Below are positions 25,950-39,061 of a stretch of DNA of 64,000 bases, piece by piece. How positions within the stretch are numbered: the first letter of the stretch is position 1; every line of letters begins with the position of its first letter. This DNA is from Podarcis cretensis (Eukaryota). The DNA lies in contig OX638150.1 in NCBI GenBank assembly GCA_951804945.1, positions 93,868,001 to 93,932,000 of the forward strand. Direction: 5' to 3'. A program made the position numbers and the translations under genes. The notes beneath the pieces are model-generated. The model was not told the origin of the DNA. It saw only the letters and a list, made by a program, of their open reading frames with translations, and did no database searches.

Positions 25950-26840
25950 AGCAATAAGAAAGAGAGATCAGTTCTTATGAGATAATCTGATCTCTGGAGG
26001 ATTGCTGACAGGATTTGAGTCTTGTGTTTAGCCATGTGCCCAGAAAGGGGGGGGGGGACATCTGATTCCCTTGTGAAGCAGGTAATTTTTTGTGTGGTAG
26101 TGGTGGTTTTTTAAAAATACATTGTTCCACCAGAAATAGTTTTATTTAAAAAGTATATTTGCATGCACCAATTCATCCTTTCCCAAACGAAAAGAACTGA
26201 ATATTTTATGCATTGACTTTGATGTATATCGTTGCTATGTGTCAAATTATAAACCAGTGAAAAAAGGAATGAAATGTAAAAGTTGCTTACTGATACTGTA
26301 CTTAGGTGTAGATATCAAGATGTACTAACACATGTAAGTGTTTCTCATTGGACTCCACTTTAAAATACATAGGAATAGTAACTGGGCATATGGGGTAAGA
26401 ATCTACAGTGGCCCTGTACTTTGCCTCTCATGAGTGACAAAGCAACTTACTTGGAGGGTGAAACCTGATTTCTTCATTGTTCCTCTCTGTTGGTGAGGAC
26501 CAGGCCCCAGAGACATGGTCCCATTGTTGTTTCTTCCACCTTCTAAGAAATGAAATTGTCTTGAATTGTTGTGGCATCTTTACTATATTTTTCCCCAGGC
26601 TAATTAAATTTCTGTAGCATAAATGCCATGATTAATTCCATCAAACTTAGTGGACCAACTATTTCTTTTTCCTTTCCCCCCAACTAACAGAGCATCTTGG
26701 CTGTCTCTTAGTGCAGATTCAGGTCACTGAGCCTAAGCTTTCAAAGCCACTGCCCACCATGAACCGCCATTGGCAGGATTAGTAGCAACAGCAGCAAATA
26801 TGTTCTATGCTTATGATAACATTTTATCCTCATGTTTCTA

Positions 26841-26951
26841 GTTACAGGTAGGTAGCCGTGTTGGTCTGCTGTAGTTGAAACAAAATTAATTTTTAAAAAA
26901 ATCCTTCCAGTAGCACCTTAGTTTGTTATTGGTATGCGCTTTCGTGTGCAC
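26841..26951 (-). mobile_element. Penelope-like element terminal-repeat fragment
   Basis: CAGGTAGGTAGCCGTGTTGGTCTG...CCAGTAGCACCTTAG...GGTATGCGCTTTCGTGTGCA matches 52999-53117. Confidence 0.8.
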
Positions 26952-26955
26952 TTTA

Positions 26956-27197
26956 CAGTGGTACCTCAGGTTAAGTACTTAATTCGTTCCAGAGGTCCGT
27001 ACTTAATCTGAAACTGTTCTTAACCTGAAGCACCACTTTAGCTAATGGGGTCTCCTGCTGCTGCCGCGCCGCCGGAGCCCGATTTCTGTTCTCATTCTGA
27101 AGCAAAGTTCTTAACCTGAAGCACTATTTCTGGGTTAGCAGAGTCTGTAACCTGAAGTGTATGTAACCTGAAGCGTATGTAACCTGAGGTACCACTG
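26956..27197. mobile_element. Tc1/pogo-type MITE, complete
   Basis: TA + CAGTGGTACCTCAGGTTA ... TAACCTGAGGTACCACTG + TA; opposite orientation to the other copies. Confidence 0.92.
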
Positions 27198-28005
27198 TAT
27201 CTTGTTTTCTCTGCTCTTGCTGCAACCAGGGAATGAGTAGCTTTCCTGGAGCCTTGACACTCCATAACGCTACAGGCTTCCTTCTCTTGGCCAAGGTGCC
27301 GGCAGCATGGTGGACATTCTTCTCCCTCACCCACCTAGTGACAGCAGCAACAGGGAAACAGTGACAGGGGAGCATGGGAAGGCCTGCCTGGGCTGCCCTC
27401 CTGCCTTCTTGCTCTGCCCACTTGCTTGCTCCATAATCCTGCTCACACCAGTCTGCCTCCTTGCACACCAGGCTGCCAGCGTGATGACAAATGAGCGCAA
27501 ATATAACACGAAGAGAAAAGTCAGTGTTAATAGTGATGCCATTTGGAGGCAGAAAGCTAGTTGCTGTAGCAATTAATAAAATCACTATGTTGAGTCTTAT
27601 CCCAAGGTATTGAACCCAAGCTTATTACAGATGTCAGCATCCTGATTCATGAGGAGACAGTTATGTGCAGATGGCCCATAAAAAGTCATTTCCTGACTAG
27701 AGTCCAGAGTAAGTTGATTTGTGGTTTAATGATTTTTATCAAAAATGAAATAAGCTTTTTATCTTTGGATCTGATCTGCCTCTTTATGCAGCTGCTACTC
27801 TGCAATTACTTCAAAACCGGGCTTAAAGTCCGAGCAAATGGAGGTCATCTTTTTTCCATGTCTCATTGGATGCTCTGAAAATGCACATGGCAACAATCTC
27901 CACTTCCTCTTCTTTGAAAGCCATGAAAACTCAGAGCATCATAAGCCATTTCCCCCAATAAAGAGCTGCATTAAAATTTATTGCGGCTGTATACAGACCT
28001 GCGGT

Positions 28006-28205
28006 GAGAATCAGTGTGGTCCAGGGAATAGAGTGTTAGACTAGCACCTGGGACACAGGGGTTCAAATCCCCAGTTGGGCATGAAAATCACTATGAGACT
28101 TTGGACCTGTCACTTGGCTTTCAGCCTAATCTACCTCACAGGGTTGTTGTGAGGATAAAATGGAGAGGGGGAGAAGCATACAGCAAAAAAGGTAAGTTAT
28201 AAATG
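28006..28205 (+). mobile_element. Older MIR-related tRNA SINE
   Basis: B-box GGTTCAAATCC; TACCTCACAGGGTTGTTGTGAGGATAAAATG. Confidence 0.75.
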
Positions 28206-28788
28206 CAGGGGTGGCTTGAGGTGAAACGTTCTGCTGCTACCCCTGCAAGAGGAATGGCAACCTCCATAAGGTCTTCTCCTTGGGAAGCCCTTGTAGAGTC
28301 TCCCCTGCTTGGGGTGGGAAGAGAGCCTTTCCAGATTCCCCATCCCACAAAGTGGCAGGACTTGGCACTAGCTTCTCCTTGCAGGAGAAAGCCCCACCAC
28401 ACTGCTAGGAGGACAACAAAGATCTCTCCCTCCCACACAACAGCTAAGCTGGATGGCGGAACACCTCCCCTTTCGCTGGCTTGGCAGAAGGGGAGGCATT
28501 CTACAGAGCTTTGTTGAAAAATTAGGTGGATTTACAGTGAATGTAAATTTTACCTTTGTACAGTAGGCTAGTTTCTACTCAAATTCATACTATACAGTGG
28601 TACCTTGGGTTACCTACACTTCAGGTTACATATACTTCAGGTTACAGACTCCGCTAACCCAGAAATAGTGCTTCAGGTTAAGAACTTTGCTTCAGAATGA
28701 GAACAGAAATCGTGCTCCGGCGGTGCAGCGGCAGCAGGAGGCCCCATTAGCTAAAGTGGTGCTTCAGGTTAAGAACAGTTTCAGGTTA

Positions 28789-30943
28789 GACTTCCGGGTT
28801 AGTGCCATCGACAATGGCAGAATTCCTCTGATCCAGAGGAACCCGCTCTGCGAAAATCAGGTCTTGCCGCCACGGCGAAGGCGGAGACCCCTTAAAAATC
28901 CCAGACGGAGGAAGCCTGGGAACGTGGGATTCGGCTGACACCAGGAGCGCCCTCCCCTACACGCAAGGGGGTCCGAAGCGACGTGGGGGTGAGTGGCGCG
29001 GTGTCTTGAATCGACCGCTATTTTTACGGAGTGAAGCCGCACAGCCGTTGCCGGAGAGCGCTGACTTTTTCCTGTGGACAATTGGACTCTAAAACAAGTA
29101 CCCGTGAGTAGAACGGAAAATTGGGCAAAGAAACATTTTAATTTGGCACTCAAGCGGGAAGGCTCTAAACAGGAAGTCCGCCTTCCGTTTTTGTAAATAA
29201 TCCAAAGCAAAAATTGTGCAAGCTAAAGCCTGAAAAGCTGTTCATAAGGATTTAAAATTCCTCCTGTTTTAACTATCCAAACCCCTCTTTGAAGTAGGAG
29301 TAAAGAGGGGAAATTTGACTGTTTATACCTGCAGGAGAGGGAGTAAAGAAAGATAAATTTCCACCGTCTCAAACCTGGGAACGGAGTGTCAGAGACAGAG
29401 ACTTTTGGTGAAGTTCATTGACCGTGAAAGGAACATCTTTTGACAGACAGCTAAAGAAGAGATACAAATTATCTTCAATGTTGCCCTTTGCATTTAAAAG
29501 GAATTAAAAATTCGAAAAGTGAAAGTAACTTTCTTTTGTTGGATTTGCTTTTAAGATGGATACAAATAGAAACTGCCTCCTCTAGAGGGAGTTTGTTAAA
29601 TTGTTGCTGGAGTCGATCTGGGGTTTTTCCAGCTGTGGTGATTAGGATCCTGGGAACAGACTGTAACCTTGAACAAAAATGTGTCTGGAAGAAACTTTAG
29701 TGCTTGCTCTCTGCAAGACGAGTGCCCTGTTAGAACAGTTGCATGAGAAAATGAATTTGATGACTGTTGCAGTTAAAAATTTTGGACAAACAGTGAATAT
29801 TTATACAGGAATTACTCAGGAGCCAACTCAAGAACCTGATTTGATGGAGCAAGTGCAAATGCAGAAGACAGGGGAGGAAATTGCTGTTGAACTTCAAGCA
29901 ATACAAATGGAGAAGCCTGAGGCCCCACAGGAGCATAAGCCGTTGTTGTTGAAGGTTGAACCTGGAGCGGGCCAGGGGAGATCTGGAATTGTGGGGGCCC
30001 TTAAGTTTGGAGGGTCCTTGAAGCATGTCTTTAAATACCCTCTGGACTACGCTGTTGTCTGTGGGGAATGGAACTATGAGGAATGGGCTGATCTCTTGAG
30101 AAAAGATGGAGACATTTTTGAGTTGGAACATCCCCGAGATCTACTCTTCAATGAGAAAGGAAAGAAACTAAGAAAGAGGTCAACAAAAGAGAAGATAAAG
30201 TGCAAGTATAAACAAGAAGAAGATCTGCAGAAGGACATGGAAGAGACTTAAGAGCCTCGGACATAAGATTACCAGGTTGATGGACCAGAAGAAAAAAAGG
30301 ACAATGACTGACATAACCTGAGACCAGGAAAAAGAGATGCTGGATGAAGATTGGAATAAAAATTTTAAAGTTTTATTTTGGAAATTATTGTAAAATTAAT
30401 GAATATTAGGAAAAACGTTGGAAGGAAACTATTTGGCTTTAGTAGAAATAATATGGAGTTATGTATAAATAAGTATTAAGTCTTAAGTTTCAAGGTATTT
30501 TATGGTAAGATAAGGTTAAAATAAATTAAGGCAAATTGAATGACAGAATATAGTAGTGAAAGATGGAAGGATTTGCTGACTTAATTAACAGGTTAGGCTT
30601 TTTAAGATAAATTATTTAATTGAAAATTGAGTGTTATTAGGTGAAAATGCAAAGTTACAATATATTTAGATGAATTATTAAGATAAAAGAAAAAATGGAA
30701 AGGATTTGCTGAAATTACTAATTGAACTAGAATACAAAAAAGGGAGGTGTGAGGAGGTCAGGGAAACAAGTAAAGGAAAGTTAAGATATGGAAAGGATGA
30801 TGTGTTGTTGTTTTTTAAATTGTTTTTATATTATTTTTACCTTTTTTGTGTGTATTTTGTATTTTTTGTTCCTCTTTTCTTTTTCTCTTTTATAGTCTTG
30901 TACCCTTTTCGAAACTTCAATAAATATTATTTTTTTAAAAAAA
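28789..30943 (+). mobile_element. Non-autonomous L1-mobilised retroposon (HAL1-like / half-L1 architecture)
   Basis: Perfect 18-bp TSD AAGAACAGTTTCAGGTTA (28771-28788, 30944-30961) at a TT/AAGA site; CpG-rich 5' end starting GACTTCCGG; T-rich 3' UTR, AATAAA and A-tail; no RT or endonuclease. Confidence 0.85.
29679..30251 (+). CDS. 190-aa orphan ORF within the retroposon (E/K/Q-rich; possibly ORF1-derived)
   Basis: ATG with A at -3, open for 190 codons, purine-rich sense strand, basic KKLRKR patch. No family recognised. Confidence 0.5.
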   Translation: MCLEETLVLALCKTSALLEQLHEKMNLMTVAVKNFGQTVNIYTGITQEPTQEPDLMEQVQMQKTGEEIAVELQAIQMEKPEAPQEHKPLLLKVEPGAGQGRSGIVGALKFGGSLKHVFKYPLDYAVVCGEWNYEEWADLLRKDGDIFELEHPRDLLFNEKGKKLRKRSTKEKIKCKYKQEEDLQKDMEET

Positions 30944-31014
30944 AAGAACAGTTTCAGGTTAAGTACGGACCTCCGGAACGAATTAAGTACTTAACCTGAG
31001 GTACCACTGTACTC

Positions 31015-31180
31015 CATCCAGAGGCATTATCAGAGCTCAAGGACACTTTCCAGTGAGGCAAGAAGCCCTACGGGTCAATGAGGGGTGTGGTCTAGGGAGA
31101 GGGGTGGTGGCCTTATGAGAGTTCCAAGGGAAAGACAGAGATGCCTGGAGGCTGCATTCAACCCCCAGGTTTGAGGTCCT
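31015..31180 (+). mobile_element. Degenerate hAT-like MITE fragment
   Basis: Similar to 17700-17905 and 48914-49241. Confidence 0.5.
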
Positions 31181-31647
31181 CCCCCCCCCCCCGGATATAT
31201 AGCATACCTACTACTGCCAGCTTCAACCCAATTGTTTCATACTGCTCAAAATAAAAACAGCCGTGCATATTTCATGCAGCAAACCATTTTTGTGAAAGGA
31301 TTTTTAACCATGACGATTCCTCTTTCTGGGAATCTGTATATTGTATTGCATTTGTAGAATCTCCCAAATGGTGCAGAGAGAAACCTGCATGCCTAACACG
31401 CCACATAGAGCTCCGTTCCTGCATTTCCATTCCAAGCAATCCCTCGCCCAGATGGCTGCCTTGCACCTTCTTCCAATTTTCGTGTCAATTCAAGCAACGC
31501 TGAATTAACGGGAGCTAAATCCTTTTGACAGTTCTTCTTGCAGACGTTCAGAGGACTGAGCCATCTGAAGATTTGACCCCCCAACTAAAACATTCCGAGT
31601 CCGTCAAAATCCAGAAGGGAAATGGAGTTTGAAATTGTGGCTGCAGG

Positions 31648-32457
31648 GTGAAGGGACTATTTCGTTGCTCACCAGGAGTGCAACAAAGACTCTCCTCCCT
31701 GAAAGAGAGGGGAGTGGTTGTGGGCGGGAGCCTAAACACCGCCCCTAGCAGGGGGCATAGCCCCCTGCCTCCAGCTCACCTGGCTGGCGCTCACGCCCCC
31801 CCCCCCGGTGGCCGTCCAGCCAGGTGCCGTGGGGGGGCGTGCCCAGCAGCCTTGATGCTGCAGCGTCAGCCTCTCCCCGGCCTCATTTCTCTTCGTCGTC
31901 CTGTGCGAGTCACCCACCCTCCACTCCCATTGAGTTAGGGCTTAGGTCATTGGCCTTGCTATGGACCTTAGGTTGGTTGCCCCGGTTGCACGGGGGGCCT
32001 GGTAGGAGTTTTTCCATTTGGCATTAGGCTTTTTGGTTTTTTCGCCTACCTCGTAGCAATCGTCACAACTTTTGTGGTATTGGTGGGTAGGTTAGGCATT
32101 GGAATAATGTGCTGTGGTGTGTCGAAGTGCTAGGTGTGGCCATCGCCTATGCCTTCAATGTTTAGGGGTATTCCGTTAAAGGAATCCGGCGGTCGTGTAT
32201 TCTGTCCGATGCCTGCTTGGCGGGAGGCCATGGCACGACCCTCGGTGACAGCAGGGGTGAGCCTATAGTTGGATTAGCATCAACAGGTGATGAACCCCTG
32301 GTGAATAAACCCACTTGTTTCGCGATCCAATGCCTAAGCCAATACCTTTTCATTGCTGTAATCAATAAAGTTGTGGCCTTTTCTAGCCCATTAACCTTAT
32401 ATCACGTGTCCCTGTGTCTTCTTTTCACGTCGCGGTGGTCGGGTCCTCGAACCACAA
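31648..32457 (+). mobile_element. CpG-rich retroelement terminal repeat (Ngaro/DIRS-like or atypical solo LTR)
   Basis: GC-rich 5' part; CCAATGCCTAAGCCAA...TCAATAAAGTTGTGGCC 3' part; a diverged homologue lies at 61378-61703; no TG..CA ends or TSD seen. Confidence 0.55.
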
Positions 32458-33239
32458 TTAACAGCTAAAGCTTCCCTACTCGTGGCTGCAGAGTTAGGTT
32501 GTTCATCCTACCTAAATGAATGCCTACTAATAAAAACAGCTTCAGAAAGTGTCTTTGTAATAATATAGTTGTCTAATAGAAAGCCTCAACAGATTCTTCT
32601 GTCTGTGCTAGGAAGATAAGGCACTGATGAGGAATACTGTATACCGAGGTTTTTTTGCACTGGAATTCTTGCCGTATCTTTAGCAGATAAAACCATCCTG
32701 CTCCTTAATTGAGTAAAATGAAACCCACGAGTGTTAGTCCTGCCATCTGCTCTTCCAGGTGCTCCCTTGCTTTATAGGAGATGAAGAAGGGATGTGACCT
32801 CAAATCCCCATTGCTTAACTTGGCACACCCCCAGAAGCCTTGAGTTTTATTCTCTTGCACGACACAGGATAACGGCTCTAGAACATATGCATGTTGTATA
32901 TGCCACTGAAAAATCCATATTTTAAAGTGTGTATTATTTACACCTACATCAATGCACAGAAACCTGAATAAATAGGCGGCAAAGAGCAGGCAACGAGCAT
33001 AGACTATTACAATGTATACCCAGCTTCCAAAAATAGAGGTAACATTCATTTTTTGGGAACTGAAGTTCTACATAGAATGATCACATACATGATTTACACC
33101 CCTTGAATCTGTTAACTCAGAACCTAGTTTGGGTTTTAGTTGCTCCTATTTATTAAATGGACTGGTAATAACAATGGATAGCTAAAGCCAAGCTGGCATA
33201 ATAAGTACCTTCCATTTGTAGCTGATACAGACTAGAAAA

Positions 33240-33369
33240 CAGGGATGGGGAATCTGTGACTCTTCAAATTTTGTTGGACTGCAACTCCTGTCCATCAGCT
33301 ATGTGGGCTGGAACTGATTAGCGTTAAGAGTCCAGCAACATCTAGAGGGCCACAGGCTCTCTATCCCTG
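33240..33369. mobile_element. Old hAT-type MITE
   Basis: CAGGGAT...ATCCCTG termini; body related to 19342-19477. Confidence 0.7.
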
Positions 33370-35913
33370 GGATATAAACTGTTATAAGCCTATGGAAAAT
33401 ATTTCCTGTGGTAGCTTCCGACACGCAAAGCAGACACACCGCCATTGACCTTTCAGCTGCAGCAAACCATGGCAAAGTATCTCCTTCTGCATCTGCTCTC
33501 CCTGTCTCTTTCTCCATTCATCTTCTCACCCATTTTTTTTCTGTTCCACATGAACCAATTTCTGTGTGCCCCCTTCTATGATGTCTGTGCTGTTTGTGGC
33601 AAACCTTCTCCAACACAACGTCAATAAATACAATACAGACTGTCTTTATATTATTATTTTTTTATTTTGAACTTCCAGGTGTTTCCATATATCCATTCTG
33701 ATCCCATAACAAAAGCCAACAGTTAACATATGGCGTGTCCAAAATAATTTTATGCAGTTGCATGAAAACTTCACACAAGTCCTACATAGTTAATGTCCTG
33801 TTAATAGGACTGGAATTTGTGGACCTGAAAAGGAAAACAACAACAACAGCAACAACAATGTGGAGGAATAGGACTTTTTGTGTTTGGTTTTCAGTTGTAA
33901 AATGTGGGTAGAAAAAGTGGTTGCTTTAGAGGCTCTTTGGTATAGAAGGGTTAAAGGTTCAAGTGAAAGTTTTGCTCAGGAAGCTCTGAACTGGAGGGTT
34001 AAAGATTCAGCCCAGGATCCTCACAATTATGGGGAAATAGAAACTTAATTTTGTATTTGTATATTTGTGAATGTGCCATACTGCTTCCAGTGGTGGAAAT
34101 TGCAGTGTAGCGAGTGTTGAAGCAGTTGCTTGCATCTTTCTCAAATGAGAGTTTTCTCACATTATGTATCATTTGGACAAGAAATCTAGAAATTAAGGAA
34201 AAACAGAGACTTAACTAGGTGTCTACTCGCCTTCTGACTGAAAAGTTGAGAGAGGTGAAAATATTGCATATGCCAAGCCAGATAATTGGGTAAATCAGCT
34301 GGCTAAAATGGATGCTAAATCGACAAATCAAGAGGGTCAATCACTTCAGAATTCTTTGGGGTTATTTAAACCCACAAAAACACAGATTCAGCGAGAATGC
34401 ATACTGCAGATCAGGAAAGGTACCACCAAGGTCAACTGGATGCCAGAATGGTTAACAAGCAAAGCCAAATAAGCTGTTTAGGGGCAAGGCGGCTTCCTTC
34501 AGCAAATGATCTATTTTAGTGGAGGCAACCGGGGAGGAAAATATATTTTCAAAGTGGCAGGTGACGTGAACAAATAAGAAGGATTGGTTTGCCTGGATTA
34601 CTTGCCTCTTTTCCTTCCTGTGTAGGTAGCTGCCAACCTGTGTAGAAACTGACCACTGATGGAGCTGGAATTCCAAAGTCAAACAGGAGTGTCTACTCTG
34701 ACTCTAGATGGTGCCCTCCTTGGTAAGGTCTATTATCATGGAGCCAGAGCTCCAAAATCTATTTTTCTGCCCTCTGGCACAGCACTGAGAATGGCTGGAA
34801 ATGGGCCAGAAGCAGCATAGATGCATTAATTTGATTTTGGTACCTTGGCTCAAAAGGTGCCACCAGCTATCAGTTTATTTTTAATCATGATAGCTACAAT
34901 CCAGTAGTCAGTAGGTTCCATATCCCACTGCTCCTGCCTGCTGTGGTTTTAATTGATTTTATGCTCTTGGATCTGTTTTTGATTATTCTGTTCTACTGGT
35001 TGTATTGTTCCCTTAATTGTATCATTTTGTGTTTTTTTTTTAACTTGGAGGGTGTCTTTGAGGTAGTGGACGAGAGGCCAAAGGGAGAGTGGAAACTTAT
35101 ATAATAGAATATAATGTGTATTTATTTAAAGTATTTTCATACTGCTTTATATTTAAATATAAAATAACACTTCAAAGCACTTTGCAACCTCAAATAGAAC
35201 ATTACAAAACGTCAAAATAAAGCAAATTGCAAGTGAAGGTCGAACACATAACACACATTCAAGGGAGTGTGATGAAAAGGAAAACAAAATGTTCCCTTAA
35301 ATGTTTTTTGAAAAAGCAGATAACAGCCAAATAGAAAAATATAACAGAAGTCCACAAAAACAGCATAACTGGCAACTCAACAAAACAACTCAATTGAACT
35401 GCCCCCCTCAGATACAGTGACGTCTCCCAGGTACATTCTTAGCAATCTTCCACGTATAAACCAACTGATAGCTGAGTTATAATGCAGAGCTCCCTATCGA
35501 TTCATGACTCTTGCTGCACTTTCCCCACAAAACTAGAGAAGTATTCTAAGTTGTTATTTGAATCTGTAGTATTTTGATCAAACATAATTAAAAACTGATG
35601 GCCCCTCAATAGGTGTTTCAAATATTTTTGTGGGGGTGACCCCAAGACTTTGGGTTACAGGCAGCTAAATTCTACTCAGAGTAAACCAATTGAAATTAAT
35701 GAACCTAAGTGGACCTACATTTCTGGGGCCCTGAAACTTGAACTGTTATGGGGGCCCCTCCGTAACCAGGATTGAGGTCTGGGTAACCACTGTTGTCTTA
35801 TTCAGTGGTGGTGTTCCACTGCAGAGCATTTAAAAAATGATAATAACTACTACATCTCAGATTTTGATTAAAACTGCTGCACTGGATTATCTCACTTGCC
35901 AAAGTCACTGGTG

Positions 35914-35916
<3 letters not shown>

Positions 35917-35943
<27 letters not shown>
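35917..35943. repeat. (AAT)n microsatellite
   Basis: Direct observation. Confidence 0.9.
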
Positions 35944-35944
<1 letters not shown>

Positions 35945-36232
35945 ACCTTATTCAGATCTGTGCTACTGACAGACTTTGGGATTGTTGAGCTATATATAAC
36001 AAAAAATTCATTAATTTGACGTGTGCAGCTCAAATTGGGTCTACTATACCTAAAACTGTTGAGCCATGTAGACTAAAATCATGTTTGGGACCATTCTGGG
36101 ATAAGCAGCCCTAAAGCTTAAGTTTTGTTAGTTTCATAGTAGAGCCTCCCCATAACATAAGTTAGTTGTGCCCTTTAACTTCAGTGGACATTGTGCTGCT
36201 CATTGGTACTAGATACCATGCTTTAATATAAT

Positions 36233-37640
36233 TATTCATTCATTCATTCATTCATACCCCACCTAACTGGCTGGGTTTCCCAAGCCACTCTGGGCAGCTT
36301 CCAACAAAATATTAAAATACAGTAGTCCATTAAACATTAAAAGCTTTCCTAAACAGGGCTGCCTTCATATGGTAGTTGTTTTTCTCTTTGACATCTGGTG
36401 GGAGGGCGTTCCACAGGGCGGGTGCCACTACCAAGAAGGTCCTCTGCCTGGTTCCCATGGGAACTGCCAGAAGGCCCTTGGCGCTGGACCTCAGTGTCCA
36501 GACAGAACGATGGGGGTGGAGACACTCCTTCAGGTATACTGGACCAAGGCCGTTTAGGGCTTTAAAGGTCAGCACCATCACTTTAAATTGTGCTCGGAAA
36601 CGTACTGGGAGCCAATGTAGGTCTTTCAAGACAGGTGTTATGTGGTCTCAGCAGCCACTCCCAGTCACCAGTCTAGCTGCCTCATTCTGGATTAGTTGTA
36701 GTTTCTAGGTCACCTTCAAAGGTAGCCCCACATAGGGTGCATTGCAGTAGTCCAAGCGGGAGATAACCAGAGCATGCACCACTCTGGCGAGACAGTCCAC
36801 AGGCAGGTAGGGTCTTAGCCTGCGTACCAGATGGAGCTGGTAAACACCTGCCCTGGACACAGAATTGACCTGCACCTCCATGGACAGCTGTGAGTCCAAA
36901 AAAGCATGGGGAAAAGGACAGAACCCTGAGGCACCTCACAAGTGAGAGCCCAGGGGTCTGAACACTCATCCCCTGCCACCGGTTTCTGAACACAGCCAGG
37001 GAGGAAGGAGCAGAACCACTGTATAGCAGTGCCCCCAGCTCCCAGCCCCTCTAGACGGTCCAGAAGGATGTTATGGTTGATGGTGTCAAAAGCCACTGAG
37101 AGATCCAGCAGAACTAGGAAACAGCTCTCACCTTTGTCCCTAGCCCACCAGAGATCATCGACCAGTGCGACCAAGGCAGTTTCAGTCCCATGATGAGGCC
37201 TGAATGCCGACTGGAAGGGATCCAAATGGTCCGCTTCTTCCAGGCGTGCCTGGAGTTTTTCAGCAACCACTCGCTCAGTCACCTTGCCGAAGAATGGAAG
37301 AATTGAGACTGGGCGATAGTTGGCCATATTGGCTGCATCTAAAGATGGTTTTTTTAAAGAAGCGGTTTAATAACCGCCTCTTTCAGCAGGTCTGGGAAGG
37401 CTTCCTCACAGAGAGAAGCATTCACCACCCCGCGAAGCCCATCGCCCAGCCCTTCCCACCTAGCTTTTATAAGCCAGGATGGGTGAGGATCAAGGAGACA
37501 GGTGGTTGGTTTCACTCATCCAAGCAGCCTGTCCACATCCTTGGAGGTAACAGATTGGAATTGATCCCACACAACTTGACTAGACAGGACTCTAGCACTC
37601 TCCCGCCCCGGCCCTGCTCCCACAGTGGTAATACCACCCT
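36233..37640 (-). mobile_element. L2-clade LINE fragment (RT region to 3' end) with internal deletion
   Basis: NYRPVSILPF, DPFQSAFRPHHGTETAL, LVLLDLSVAFDTI, VPQGS, SRLDYCN, LHWLPV, LWNALP; (TGAA)n tail; the YADD segment is missing at about 36900. Confidence 0.92.
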
Positions 37641-38528
37641 TACTTCCAATGCTCTCCATAAAAGACTTTCCCCAGTTGTTTCCAATTAAATTAGGATCCA
37701 GATTTCCTCCACAGCCCCAGGTCATGGGGTTAAAATGGCACAGATAGCAACAGCAACTAGGCAGGTGCACACACAAACAGACCTGAAAAAGACAAATGAA
37801 ATGTTTTGCATTGGACTGGCCCAGAAGTGCACACAGGAGACGGAAGCACAGAGCACTTCCCACAAGCTCGCACATGGAGGATTATAATTACAATGGCTCA
37901 CCAGGCAAATATAAAGCTCCATATTTGAAATTCAAGTCACACCAGGAAGGATCACAAGTGCAGAGTGCACACAAACAAGCAGGATTAGAGAGGCTGTTGG
38001 TTCTGGTGGGCGGAGGGCAGGGTTGTCTGAAAAGATGTTAAACAGAAGTTAATCTACTTTTATATAATTTGTTTTCCTATTCTTCCCGAACTGGCTCACT
38101 TTGGAGACAGCTGCTTTCGAGGCTTACAGCATGCATATGGTTAGAAGGCATATCCTTGGCAGTCAACCCAAATGACAGAATAATGATGACTAACTGGGGA
38201 AAGGGTGGGGGAGAAGAGACGAGTGTATCATTTAGAGGAGATACGGCTGTATCGAAGTCAGTGAAACATGAACAAATAATTTCTATAGTCAGATTGCTAT
38301 CTGCCGTGAATCCTCCCTTTTACTACACGCTGCCTCTGATATTGCTACCAAGCAGCCGTGTGGAGCCACTGCCAAGTCAATGAACAGCAAGAGCCTGAAA
38401 TGTCTTCCTGGTGAATCCAAGCAGTTTCACTCAGCCTATGTTCTAAGGGAGGAGATTCTAATAATGTTATAACACCACACAGGATGCTGGACTATGCATT
38501 GGGAACTAGTAGAGTGTCAATGGGCCTT

Positions 38529-38811
38529 GCCAGCGTGGTGTAGTGGTTAAGAGCGGTGGACTCGTAATCTGGTGAACGGGGTTCGCTTCCCTGCTCCTCC
38601 ACATGCAGCTGCAGTGGGCTAGTCACACTTCTCTGAAGTCTCTCAGCCCCACTCACCTCACAGAGTGTTTGTTGTGGGGGAGGAAGGGAAAGGAGATTGT
38701 TAGCCGCTTTGAGACTCCTTAGGGTAGGGATAAAGCGGGATATCAAATCCAAACTCCTCCTCCTCTTCTTCTTCTTCTTCTTCTTCTTCTTCTTCTTCTT
38801 CTTCTTTCTTC
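38529..38811 (+). mobile_element. tRNA-derived Squam3-like SINE with long (TCT)n tail
   Basis: Near-identical to 4556-4808. Confidence 0.85.
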
Positions 38812-38992
38812 TAAATGGAACTGTAATTCTTCAGTGGTTCTTGGTGATCTCATCATAGGGCAAGGAACTGTTGGCTGAGTGCAGCCCAACATCACACCTC
38901 TATGTGGATCACAGTGTTTCCTCCTTGGACCCACCCAGCTGCTACTCTCCTGTCCCTTCATTGGCTTGGCAGACATCACACTAATTTGAGGC

Positions 38993-39025
<33 letters not shown>

Positions 39026-39061
39026 CTTTGTCTTCAGTGTGTGTGTGTGTAAATATATATA

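Larger units (their letters stand above)
28595..31009. mobile_element. Tc1/pogo-type MITE split by a 2.15-kb retroposed insert
   Basis: Left part 28595-28788 and right part 30944-31009; both TIRs and both TA flanks are present. Confidence 0.92.
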
